Source of the DNA: Macrostomum lignano
Lineage: Eukaryota
Length of the DNA: 40,578 bases
Direction of reading: 5' to 3'
NCBI GenBank assembly: GCA_002269645.1
Contig: NIVC01004611.1
Location: forward strand, 1 to 40,578
A program made the translations under genes and the position numbers. This document shows, in pieces, positions 21,244 through 33,147 of this stretch. The notes under the pieces were generated by a model. It did not search any database. It was not told the origin of the DNA and worked only from the letters and a program-made list of their open reading frames with translations. Each line of letters starts with the position of its first letter. The stretch's first letter is position 1.

Positions 21244-21773
21244 CAGCGGAGTTGGAGCGAGAGAGAAACTATAGACAAGAAAGGGGACTTTTCTGTGGTG
21301 AGAATGCCCATTCGTCTTGATGAAGTTAAAAGTGCTAAATTATTTTTTGAGGCACAGAGCAGGTCGGAGCCGTCAGTAACCGGAGACCGGAGGGGCTGCG
21401 CGAACAAATATCGAAGCGCCACGTGCCTTCGCCCCTAGCCTGGGGGATTTTCTTCCTTCATGTCGCGACCTTCCAGTCTCCCTTACCCGAGCTCGACTTT
21501 CGACTATCTGCCAGAGTCTCAAGCCGATTTTTTCCCGCACTTCCTCTCGCTCGCCTGCCGCGTCTGTGTCAGGCAATGCGGGAAAAATCTCCTCTTTGGC
21601 TAAATGTCACGGAGAGATGCGGCCGATTATCTCAGTAGCTCGTAGCAGCCAGCGGACGCGCGTCAGCAGCTAAAGGGGTCGCAGGGTGCAGGAAAGAGGA
21701 AGGGCGAAAGTCTGAGAAACAGAAGCAGAAGCAGGCGGACCAGAAAGGATGGTAGATTCAGACTGCATGGCAG

Positions 21774-21979
21774 GGGGGGGGCGTGTAGCCCAGTGGTCGA
21801 GTGCGGCGCTCTGATGTGCCAGCGGCCCAGGCTCGATTCCAAGTGCAGTCGCATAAAATTGGGGGATAAATTAAAATCTCGGCTTGGGTCTGCTTGTGCA
21901 ATTAACACCCTTGAAAGCCAAACCTCACAGTGAAGTGTACATGCCTACCGAAAATAAAGTTAGGGCCGCTGTACACTCA
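21774..21979 (+). mobile_element. tRNA-derived SINE, piece 3
   Basis: A-box TAGCCCAGTGG (21786), B-box GGCTCGATTCC (21830), core CAGTGAAGTGTACATGCC..AAAGTTAGGGCCGCTGTACACTC. Confidence 0.72.
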
Positions 21980-21981
21980 GG

Positions 21982-22389
21982 GTAGCTGCAGAAGAGGCTG
22001 CAACTACAGAAGAGGCTGTAGCTACAGAAGAGGCTGCAACTACAGAAGAGGCTGTAGCTACAGAAGAGGCCGTAACTACAGAAGAGTCTGTAACTACAGA
22101 AGAGGCTGTAGCTACAGAAGAGTCTGTAACTACAGAAGAGTCTGTAACTACAGAAGAGGCCGTAACTACAGAAGAGTCTGTAACTACAGAAGAGTCTCTA
22201 ACTACAGAAGAGGCTGTAACTACAGAAGAGGCTGTAGCTGCAGAAGAGGCTGTAGCTGCAGAAGAGTCTGTAACTACCGAAGAGGCTGTAGCTGCAGAAG
22301 AGGCTGTAGCTGCAGAAGAGTCTGTAACTACAGAAGAGTCTGTAACTACAGAAGAGGCTGTAGCTACAGAAGAGGCTGTAGCTGCAGAA
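21982..22389 (+). repeat. 18-bp minisatellite (TGTAACTACAGAAGAGGC) directly after SINE piece 3
   Basis: Period 18. Confidence 0.95.
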
Positions 22390-22952
22390 AGGACTCAAAA
22401 GGGGGAGGTTGATAGGTGAAATGATTGGACTGATGGCTGTTTTGGATTCTCTAGCCAGGCAATGCATGTTTTCGGCTGCAAAGCAGTTGACGCGCACCTA
22501 GCAGAAGCCTGGCTGCCACAAAGGCCCAGGCTGAATGCTATTCTATCCTTGATCTTGTTTGAAGTATTTTTAGTTCCCCCCAGTCGCCAGACGACGAACG
22601 GCACAAATCGAAGTCGGCTCAGCTGTGCACTTATTCCTCATGAGCAGCATTCGGCTCCGTCAAAATACTGGGTTTGGGCCGCGCCTCACACGCGCCGGCG
22701 TCCGGAGTCGGGAAGGAGGGGGGGGGGGTTGGCCGGGCGAAATTCGATTCCGCCTTCCGCCCGACGGATCGGGACTGATTGTGTCAAAGATTCGATACTC
22801 CCTGCTCGGCTTGTCGCATCCTCTTACACCCCCAGTTTTATCCCGGCGCCGTCAGTCCGGCTGCCAAAGTCTTTAAAGAGGCCGATCGATTGGTTGAATA
22901 GCGACCGAAGAGTCTCCCAGGGCATCCTTTGCTGCGCACCAATTTTGTGCAT

Positions 22953-23678
22953 TCACTGCACACTCGTTGCACACTCATTGCACACTCATTGCACACTCAT
23001 TGCACACCCATTGCACACTTATTGCACACTCATTGCACACTCATTGCACACTCATTGCACACTCATTGCACACTCATTGCACACCGATTGCACATCCATT
23101 GCACACTCATCGCACACTCATTGCACACTCATTGCACACTCATTGCACACTCATCGCACACTCATTGCACACTCGTTGCACATCCATTGCACATCCATTG
23201 CACATCCATTGCACACTCATCGCACACTCATCGCACACTCATTGCACACTCATTGCACACTCGCTTCACACTCACTGCACACTCGTTGCACACTCGTTGC
23301 ACATCCATTGCACACTCATTGCACACTCATTGCAACTCGTTGCACACTCATTGCACACTCGTTGCACACTCATTGCACACTCGTTGCACATCCATTGCAC
23401 ATCCATTGCACACTCATCGCACACTCATTGCACACTCATTGCACACTCATTGCACACTCATTGCACACCCATTGCACATCCATTGCACACTCATCGCACA
23501 CTCATTGCACACTCATTGCAAACTCATTGCACACTCATTGCACACTCATTGCACACTCATCGCACACTCATTGCACACTCGTTGCACATCCATTGCACAT
23601 CCATTGCACACTCATCGCACACTCATTGCACACTCATTGCACACTCATTGCAACTCGTTGCACACTCATTGCACACTT
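22953..23678 (+). repeat. 11-bp minisatellite (TGCACACTCAT)
   Basis: Period 11; source of the His/Cys/Thr-rich ORFs found in all three frames. Confidence 0.95.
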
Positions 23679-24044
23679 ATTTCTCACTCCTATTATACTC
23701 TGCACTCTGTACATTCCCTCTGAAACCTTGACTTCCCTTGGTAAACCTTGGTATCAAGTATAGGGCAGGCGGACTTTACGATGCCAATAATATTGAGCTG
23801 CGTGTCCAGGCCCCGTTCCCCGTGCCACTCCAAACAAACATCAGGATGCCGAAGTGAAGGCTTCGAGAGAGATAAGAGCGGTGGTGGAAAGTTTATTGGG
23901 TTCAGAAATAAAAATATTTATTAAGAACCCTTGCTATCAGTCTCGAGTGGAACCCGCCAATCTCTTTTCTATTGCATTCAATCAAAACAAGCCTTCAGTC
24001 AGTGAGAACTTTGTGAGTGCTCCCAGCCTCCGATGGGGCTACGA

Positions 24045-24683
<639 letters not shown>

Positions 24684-26112
24684 GTTAAATTTTCAAGCGC
24701 AGCAGGATTCTAAATTAGGATCGCTATGGGTGGATTACTTGAATATCCGGAATCAATCTTTTTAAGTCGCTCGGTCCCGGAATCCAGCGGAATCCAATCG
24801 AGCCATTTTATTGAGCAAAATTCCTAGCTAATAGAAAACACGCTTTCCAGCATCCAGTATAATCCCCATGGGATCCGTCCCTTCATTAATCTGCTCAGAG
24901 ACGCACGGGCAGCCTAATGACTTGAAATCCCCTGCCAAAACTTCCCGGCAGCACAGAGAACCGGATGCAGCTTCTCTGCACTGCTAATTACCAGTTCGCA
25001 TGCCGACTTTCTCTGCCGCATGTCTCCAAGAAATGTTTCAGCTGTCAACCGAGGCCGCCTTTGTTTCTGGCAATAAATCTGGCAAAATGACTGATGTGAG
25101 GCGGCAATCTGGAGCGCCTTTAGCGGGCAGCTCGCACTTCTCAGACGAGTGCAGCAGATGATGCTGAGCAGTGCCAGAAAAACCCTCAGATTCCCAGAAA
25201 AAAAATAGGTCATTAATCTTCATTCAGCCACTTCCTCGACAGAAGTGGAGAGGAGATTTCTCCCCTAAGTGGCTCGGCCGCTCACTGATAACTATATATG
25301 GTACAAAGGAAACCGCATGCGCGCCACCAAAGATCTACTGAACGATTGACCGGGCGGTTCAGCCGTTGCAGCAGCTACTTACATGTAAACCTATAGACCC
25401 ATCTACATGTAAATAATGCATGTCTGTGCGGGTTCTGTATTTGCCTGTCACGCGCTAGGGACACTGGAGGACGCTGTCTTTCGACTTCGCAAACCCTTGA
25501 CAGTAACGGTCCTGAAGATGTCAAATCTTTCAGTTCGGCTTGCTCATTGTTGACAGTTTTACGAAAAATAACTCACGATAAATTCATCTTCTGTGTCTCA
25601 ACTAAAAATGCTTGCAACTTGGACTTGTCGACTTAAGACTCAAGACTCCTTTACTCAGAAATTTATTCTCTACTCCTTTATTTTCCTCTTCGTCCGTGCC
25701 TATCGCCGCCATCGCTAAAATGGCCAAGTTCATGAATAACCAATGACCTTCGTGCCGGTGCAGCGGCCGGGATCGGCTGCATGCCGCAGCTGGGCCGCTG
25801 AGGGATTCCCGAGCGGCCGGCCGACTACTCAACCTCTCCTCGCCCTCAGCTCAGCCGCATTACGCTGCAGTCCGCATAGATCTACTCAGTCGTTGATGAG
25901 CAGAACAGTTTTCTCAAGACTCAAGACCGGAGGCCAGAGTAGGGGGGGGGGGGACTCTAGGCGGTCATCTGTGACTTTTCCAGCTTGTAGAAAGCAAGAC
26001 GCTACGGAATGCAAGAGCGGCTGGGTCCGTCCTGTGCCATTGAAATTCTTTGCTAAGCAGCTTCTGCACATTTTCAGCAGATCAGTACTTGGTGCTGCAC
26101 TGCAGAGATACG

Positions 26113-26238
26113 GAGATGATGAGAGGAGCGACAGAGATGATGAGAGGAGCGACAGAGATGATGAGAGGAGCGACAGAGATGATGAGAGGAGCGACAGAGA
26201 TGATGAGAGGAGCGACAGAGATGATGAGAGGAGCGACA
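26113..26238 (+). repeat. 21-bp tandem repeat x6 (GAGATGATGAGAGGAGCGACA)
   Basis: Directly visible. Confidence 0.95.
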
Positions 26239-27310
26239 GACAGCTAATCAGTTAGGACACAGACAGCTGAGCAGTAAGGACACAGACACAGACAGCTGAG
26301 CAGTAAGGACACAGACACAGACAGCTGAGCAGTTAGGACAGGGACAGCTGAGCAGTAAGGGACACAGACACAGACAGCTGAGCAGTTAGGACAGAGACAG
26401 CTGAGCAGTTAGGGACACAGACACAGACAGCTGAGCAGTTAGGACAGAGACAGCTGAGCAGTTAGGACACAGACAGCTGAGCAGTTAGGACAGAGACAGC
26501 TGAGCAGTTAGGACACAGACAGCTGAGCAGTTAGGACAGAGACAGCTGAGCAGTTAGGACAGAGACAGCTGAGCAGTTAGGACAGAGACAGCTGAGCAGT
26601 TAGGACACAGACAGCTGAGCAGTTAGGACACAGACAGCTGAGCAGTTAGGACACAGACAGCTGAGCAGTTAGGACAGAGACAGCTGAGCAGTTAGGACAC
26701 AGACAGCTGAGCAGTTAGGACACAGACAGCTGAGCAGTTAGGACAGAGACAGCTGAGCAGTTAGGACAGAGACAGCTGAGCAGTAAGGACACAGACAGCT
26801 GAGCAGTTAGGACACAGACAGCTGAGCAGTTAGGACAGAGACAGCTGAGCAGTTAGGACAGAGACAGCTGAGCAGTTAGGACACAGACAGCTGAGCAGTT
26901 AGGACACAGACACAGACAGCTGAGCAGTTAGGACACAGACAGCTGAGCAGTTAGGACAGAGACAGCTGAGCAGTTAGGACAGAGACAGCTGAGCAGTTAG
27001 GACAGAGACAGCTGAGCAGTTGGGACACAGACAGCTGAGCAGTTAGGACACAGACAGCTGAGCAGTTAGGACAGAGACAGCTGAGCAGTTAGGACACAGA
27101 CAGCTGAGCAGTTAGGACACAGACAGCTGAGCAGTTAGGACACAGACAGCTGAGCAGTTAGGACAGAGACAGCTGAGCAGTTAGGACAGGGACAGCTGAG
27201 AAGTTAGGACAGAGACAGCTGAGAAGTTAGGACAGAGACAGAGACAGCTGAGCAGTTAGGACAGGGACAGCTGAGCAGTAAGGACAGAGACACAGACGAC
27301 ACAGACACAG
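26239..27310 (+). repeat. 23-bp minisatellite (GACAGCTGAGCAGTTAGGACA[C/G]A)
   Basis: Directly visible; abuts the 21-bp array. Confidence 0.95.
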
Positions 27311-27992
27311 ACAGGGATTTCCAAGGAAGTTTTTGACAGCCGGGGCCAGACAAAGCCGGCAGGCAAACCAAATCAGTGGGGAAGGCAGGTTGCAAATCAG
27401 GTTACAGCAATCCAGGAGGAGTCCAAAGTGTCCAAAGCATGCCGCGGGACCCGGGCGCCGCTTGAAGTCTCTAAGAGACTGTCGCTTCACGCCCGGCCGG
27501 CCGCGTAAGCGAGCGAGGCAGCTTAAAATAATAAAAAAGCCGGGGGAAGGGCCGGCGATAATGCTAATAAGGCGGGCAACCCGTCTTGAATCAAATATGC
27601 AGATTCAATTATGGTGGCACCGTCTTTCATTTGCATATTCCACTACTGGGGCCGCCTTCTCCTACACTCTCTGCTCCCTCCTTTTCTTCTTCTGCCGCTC
27701 TTCTTTCTCTTCTCCGCTGCTGCTCATTTTCTGCCCGGCCAATTTCTGTAGCAGCTTTTTCCCTTTTCTTCCTGTCCGCCGGGGTCCCGGCCCGGGGACC
27801 GCTGCTGCCGTTCTTTCAGCTCCAATTTGCCCCGGCCAGCCTCCGCCATCATCTCGCCAGGGAATTCCCGACTCTTCCCTCGTCGAACTCGTCGCGTGGC
27901 TTCCGTTTCGTTTCGTCCGATTTTTTATCCGCTTCGATTTCTTCTGCCTCAGGTCGAGGTGATATTCGGTTCGGCTGAGAATTGAAACTCTG

Positions 27993-28390
27993 GACCTCCT
28001 GCACCGGCTGTGGGCAGTACGACTCGGCGCGGATGAGATGGCCTGCGAGCTGGAGTCGCCGACGGCGCAGTAGATCGCTTGGACGTGGCAGGCCAGCGCG
28101 GCGATAGAGTGCCGCGTTGGTGACTCGCTCGACGCCGATGTTGAAGGCGGCGCGCAGCAGGCCAGCGTGCGCCGCATCGACTTGCTATTCGAGTGAGTCC
28201 GTCAGCGTCCAGGTCTCGGCGTTGTAGAGCAGGACGGTCTCGATTACCTCCTGGAACAGCGCCGCCCTCTGGCGGTCCGGTAGGGCCTCGGACTGCAGGA
28301 CTGCCCTCACAGAACAAAAGGCAGCCCAGGCAAGCCCGCGGCGGCGTCGCAGGTCCTCGCGAGAGTCTGGAACCAGACCCCCGAGGTAGA
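27993..28390 (-). mobile_element. Fragment of an RTE-clade non-LTR retrotransposon (RT C-terminus/thumb), one in-frame stop
   Basis: Reads YLGGLVPDSREDLRRRRGLAWAAF..VIETVLLYNAETWTLTDSLE*QVDAAHAGLLRAAFNI..VTNAALY..LLRRRRLQLAGHLIR. The YLG, LLYxxETW and RxxxxGHxxR motifs are typical of RTE. TAG at 28185-28187. Confidence 0.85.
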
Positions 28391-28392
28391 CG

Positions 28393-28480
28393 ATGCTCAC
28401 ACAGGGTGTACAGCAGCCCTGACTTTCCAATCGTCAGGCATGTGCACTCTCTGCGAGGGCCTTAGAGTTTGGCCCTCATG
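28393..28480 (-). mobile_element. tRNA-SINE family core, piece 4 (headless), joined to the RTE fragment
   Basis: The minus strand reads CAGAGAGTGCACATGCCTGACGATTGGAAAGTCAGGGCTGCTGTACACCCTGTGTGAGCAT, which aligns with the cores at 21930-21978 and 18512-18537. Confidence 0.6.
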
Positions 28481-28500
28481 CGTGTGAATCCCACGAGCAT

Positions 28501-28580
28501 AACCTAAACTTAACCTAAACTTAACCTAAACTTAACCTAAACTCTGACTCCAACCCTAACCCTGAACAATGACCCTAATA
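28501..28580 (-). repeat. Short telomere-like repeat: (AACCTAAACTT)4 plus CCCTAACCCT
   Basis: Directly visible. Confidence 0.7.
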
Positions 28581-29640
28581 AGCTAAGACATCGGAGCAGT
28601 CAATTGTCGTGCTGCCATTTTGGCTTTCTTCTAGGAGAAGCAAAACGGCGATAAGTACACAGCACTGCTGCGGTAGCGGAATGGAACGGCTAATTTAATA
28701 GAAAATAACAGGAAGCCAGGCCAGGACGGGGACTTTTGCCGCTTTCGCGCCGGTCAGCAGCCCCTGTCAGCTCTCGAGCCGTCAACAGGACTCTCGCTAG
28801 CCGCTTCCCCTCTTCCCTTGGCTCTCCCCTTTCTATACTGTTATTTCCCCTTCTCCTGGCTGAAGTGCTGTGGCTGATAAACAAAATCAGAGAAAATCAA
28901 CTGCGTCGATTTACAGGGCAATGGGAAGGGGGGATCTTCGAAGCCATAGGGCCGGCTCAGCTACAATAACGCATTAGCAGAGTTGCCTCCGCCCGCGTCT
29001 CTCCTCTCCGCTGCCTCTCTCTCCCTCGCCCTATTTTTCCATGCGGAGAGTTTCATCCGGCTTGGGCGGAAAAATCAATCATTTTTGGCAGACCGAGGCG
29101 CAGACTTACATATATGCAATATATAGAAGAGAGCTGGGGGGGGGGCCTCGGCTTCTTGAGTCCTGGAGGTTGGCTGTTGTTGGAAGTCCTCAGGCCAGTC
29201 AGGCGGTCAGCTTGCCGTCTCCGGCTGGTAAAAAGAGGATTAATGGCCCTTGGCCTGGAGGGATTATCCGAGGGGGCAGCAAGCAGGGCAGGCTAGGAAT
29301 TAAAGCTGGCAAAGCGCTCTCGCAGCGCCTTCGGAGCGGCGCGAGAGTGGATCCTCGCTTATCATATCCCTCTCGGAGCAGCTCTGCAGCAGTTGCCGGA
29401 GTCCCCCCTTCCGATTTTTACGACTGCTATTCGAATTTTTATTGACAAGTTGTGGCCCAGCGCCAAAAGTTTATCGCTAATCTCATCATATCTCCGCCGC
29501 TTCGCTCGGCTCAGAGGGATTCGTTTCTCTTTGAAGTTTACCACTCGTTTTATTGCTGGTAGAAGAGAGCTTCCGGTTTGACCCTCTGCGATGATTTTCA
29601 AACCTTGGAGGACTCTTCACTTCACTTACACTATGAAGAT

Positions 29641-29690
29641 GATCGCTGCAAGTTAAGCAGAGTTGGTTGTGGTTAGTACACAGAGCGAGT
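29641..29690 (+). other. Second 5S rRNA-like fragment
   Basis: GATCGCTGCAAGTTAAGCAGAGTTGGTTGTGGTTAGTACACAGA is nearly identical to 17790-17827 and extends the 5S similarity to the upstream GATC. Confidence 0.5.
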
Positions 29691-32600
29691 CCGAAGAACT
29701 CAAGACTCAGAAGATCAAGGTCTAGAAGAACCAGGCCATTCAGACTCGAAATTTCAACTTTGGACGATGTTTGCTAACCCAGTGGGTCTGTAAAAGTTAA
29801 GCTGAGTTGACCGCGGATAGTACGTAGGGACAAATTAAGCTCAACTCTGCAGTTCTGCTATGATAGGGGGAGGCAGCTCCGAACCGTTAGTTTTTCTATT
29901 TTGATTGTCTGAGAGATAAAAAGTACAGAAAAAGAATAACAAATCGCAGACGACAAAAACTTCAGCAAGCAATGCTCCGTGACGAAAAATGTTGCTAAGA
30001 TCCACTTTAGCTAAAGGTTAAATATGTATTTTCGGTAGTTGGTGTCTGTCTACACCGCAGGCGGGCTGCCCGCAGACTGAAGTCAAAAAAGTAATCATAC
30101 GAACAGCAGGTGAGATTTTGCTCTGCGCCGAACAAAAATAATTGAAGATAACTGCAAAATAATTAATCTAAAATCAAAGCCAAGCCAGCCGAGTCTGAGA
30201 GGGGGAGTCGGTGCGTCAGGTTGAGGGAACACAGCTGTAGAAAATAAATGTTACAAATGTCCGCCACAATAAATTGCCAGACACTTTTACTCTTAGAAGA
30301 GGAAAATTGGAAATTGAGCAAAGTCGGTGAACTAGAAATGTCTTATTGGAGTTCCCCATCTTATATTGATGCTGAGAGATCGGGATGCGGCTGGGCAGGT
30401 GCAGGTGGGCGCAGGTGGGTGCAGGATGGCGGGGTTCAACCGGTTCATGGGGGCTCAGCAGGCGGACAGTCAGCAAGCAAAATAAATAAAATAGATAGAT
30501 GGAAACAATCCAGCGGACATAGGGGCGAATTACCAGAATAAGCAAAAGGCATGCATGTTATGCGTCAGAGAGACAAAGAAAGTCTTGGATGAACAAGCCT
30601 GTGTGTGTGAGCAAAATATTGGTGGGAGCAGTCAAATTTTACACACTTCTGAAAACTTAAAAACTGATTATTTGTCAATGAAGGAACGTAGAAATCCACA
30701 ACATACACACATGGCTAAATCGGTCGAACTGTGGAGCTAGTTGGAAGAGAATAAGAATGACACAATATCTTGAAACATATTTCCTAGGCTCAGATTTTAT
30801 ACGCCAACAAAAGCATTTCAATCACGGCACTTCTATACTGAGCGTCGCAGATTTTCAGTGATCAGTGCAACAAGAAAGTTTTCGAACCCGTGACTACGAA
30901 GTACTCCCCTCCCCTCTGGAGAAGTGAGAAGCAACGACAGGCAGCCATTTTTGTTTAAGTGTTTTTACCTAGACAATTTAATTGACGGCAGGGACTCTGC
31001 CAATGGCTCTGCGGGTGCCTCTCAGCCGGTTCAGTACACGGAAACAATGACAGCGGTGAGCACAGAGAGAAAAATACAGAAATTCAAATAACAGAGCAGA
31101 TTTTCGTTGTCAGGTTTTTAGTGGATATGATTTGTGGGCCTGGGGTTGTCAATTAGCGTGGAGGCCTCAGGCGGTTAGTAGTTACATGGCTACTCACTGT
31201 TTACACTTACTGGCAATGCAGAGTCATGGGTGTTAGAGCGAATGTACTGTCTGTACACAAACACTGAATGTAGAAGCAAATGTGCAATGTGCATATTGGG
31301 ACACAGAGTGCAGCAAGCAATCACGCGAAAGCAGTTGTTAATCTGCAGATTTTCTGCTTTTCCTGTGAACTCCTAGACACAAAATGGCTCCGCTCCGGCT
31401 AGACTGCGCTTCCAAAAATAATGTTGAATAATAAAACCAAAAAGCAGAACAATGGGCCCAGCGATTCTGCGAACAAGCAATCTGGATTATCACAATTTGG
31501 GAATGAGAAAGCGTGGAGCCTGCAAGGTTAGGACTGGCATCACAGTTATCGATTCTGGCTGGCATGCAATAAATTCTTTAGATGATCTGCTATGTCGCTT
31601 CAGTTCTGTTTCCATCATATTTTGAATATATGTTTGCTATAAATATAACACTATACATCAATAATGCTTAAAAATACATTAACTCTTCTTCTATACTCTA
31701 TGGTAGAACTCAATCTAGCAGTCCCAGTTATTTGCGAGCGGCACATACACCTTAGTAACATGTTAAAGTTTCCAACTCAAGCCATAACTCTCTACTCTCT
31801 CCTCACCAGCCTAATCTGAGGGCCTTGGGACGCACGTTGCATCACGCACACAATTGAGACGATAACGTGGTGTGAATTGTATGAGAAAAGGTTGGCCACC
31901 ATGGCTTCGAGGTGGAAACTTGAACATGTTGCTAAGTGTACATGGTTTAAGTAGAAACTGGCGAGATAACAGTAAAACATACACGTGATGGATTGGGATG
32001 CCCAAAAAATAGAGATTAAATCGTCTTCAGGCAACGAAAAATAAGCTGTGACAGTTATGTGCCAGGGGAAGCATTCATATCCGTCACGGTTATCGCTTCC
32101 TTCCGTGTTCTAGCATCTGCTGCGCTGTGCAAGTGAAAGTTTGGAATCATCATCAGTGTACTTTTGAAGGAAGGAAAATAATATATAGAGCAGGGCAACG
32201 GGGGCGAGCTGTAGGCGAAAATAAGCTGTAAAAGCTGTAGGCAAATAAGCGATCGATTCCGTCAATCAAGCCAGTTGGATTGGACGTCGTCGTTTGGGTC
32301 TTCCGTGAGACCGTGACAATTTCTTTCATCACAATTAGTCCACGATTTATCCGGATCAGAGCTGGGACAGTGGGCAGTGTGGGGTGGAACATCGGGGGAC
32401 GCTTGGATGCCCGAGAGAGACAGGCGCTGCAATTTTCCTAGCCAAATGTACATTGTGCGATGTACACTGCAAAACAGTGGCGTGAGGTGGGTGTTTGGTG
32501 AGGGGGCGAGAAAGGCTTGTCAATGTACATCCACTAGATGGGTTAGAGGATAGTCAGTGAAAAAGGCTCTTTGGGACGTCTTTGAATATCTGAATGTTCA

Positions 32601-32884
32601 ATACGAGCGTAGAGACAGGCAATGTGGCAAAGCCTAAGCCAAATGTACCTGTAGATTGTTTGATGTACATTGAACAACTTAAGAGTGAGTTGGGTGCTGG
32701 TCAGTGATTATGAAGGCTAGTCAATGTACATCCATTTAGTCCCAATCACTGACCGAGGAAAATAGGGGTTGACAGCGGTAAGGGGAGGTCAAGCGGGGAG
32801 TGAGATTGGGCCACCAATAGCAATCATTTTAAACGACGCGCCTTAGGGGGGACCGGCAACAAACACGCCTCCGTCTCTTCAGCC

Positions 32885-33147
32885 TCAAACTGCGTGCTCA
32901 GCTCCGTTGTTCATGTTGTGCCGCGCCCTCCTGGCCGCCACATCGGAGCTTCGCCGTCTCTGACGGCCGCCAGTTGAGGCGATACTCTTCCGGTTGCCTG
33001 CCAGGCCGTACTGCTCAGCGAACTGCTCAGCTCGCAACCGGTCGTTGATTGACTTGCAATGGCAGAGCAAGATGTGCTTGAACGGCGTCCGAAAGTCCCG
33101 ATTGAACTTGGCGTAGATGATAGGGTTCATGAAGGAATTCACGTAGC
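32885..33147 (-). CDS. Biogenic-amine GPCR (5-HT7-like), last coding exon (TM7, helix 8, C-tail)
   Basis: Acceptor CAG at 33150-33148, phase 1. Encodes (G)YVNSFMNPIIYAKFNRDFRTPFKHILLCHC..AEHAV*, with the NPxxY motif. Confidence 0.9.

Noticed and set aside
19488-22412. Pro/Leu/Ser-rich and (CNYRRG)n ORFs
   Set aside because: These are translations of the 17-, 20- and 18-bp minisatellites.
24718-24878. Imperfect inverted repeat GGATCGCTATGGGTGGATTA / TAATCCCCATGGGATCC as a MITE
   Set aside because: The match needs several gaps and no TSD was found.
27595-27640. Octamer ATTTGCAT with a nearby ATGCAGAT as an snRNA or enhancer element
   Set aside because: No snRNA or SL-RNA body was recognised nearby, and single 8-mers are expected by chance in 40 kb.
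28416-28441. Minus-strand CCTGACGATTGGAAAGTCAGG with CUGACGA, GAAA and GUC words
   Set aside because: Stems II and III are absent. It is better explained as a simple CCTGAC/GTCAGG hairpin in the SINE core.
31792-32453. Several 60-80 aa minus-strand ORFs downstream of the GPCR
   Set aside because: No recognisable motif and no consistent splice phase could be built. They are more likely UTR or intergenic sequence.
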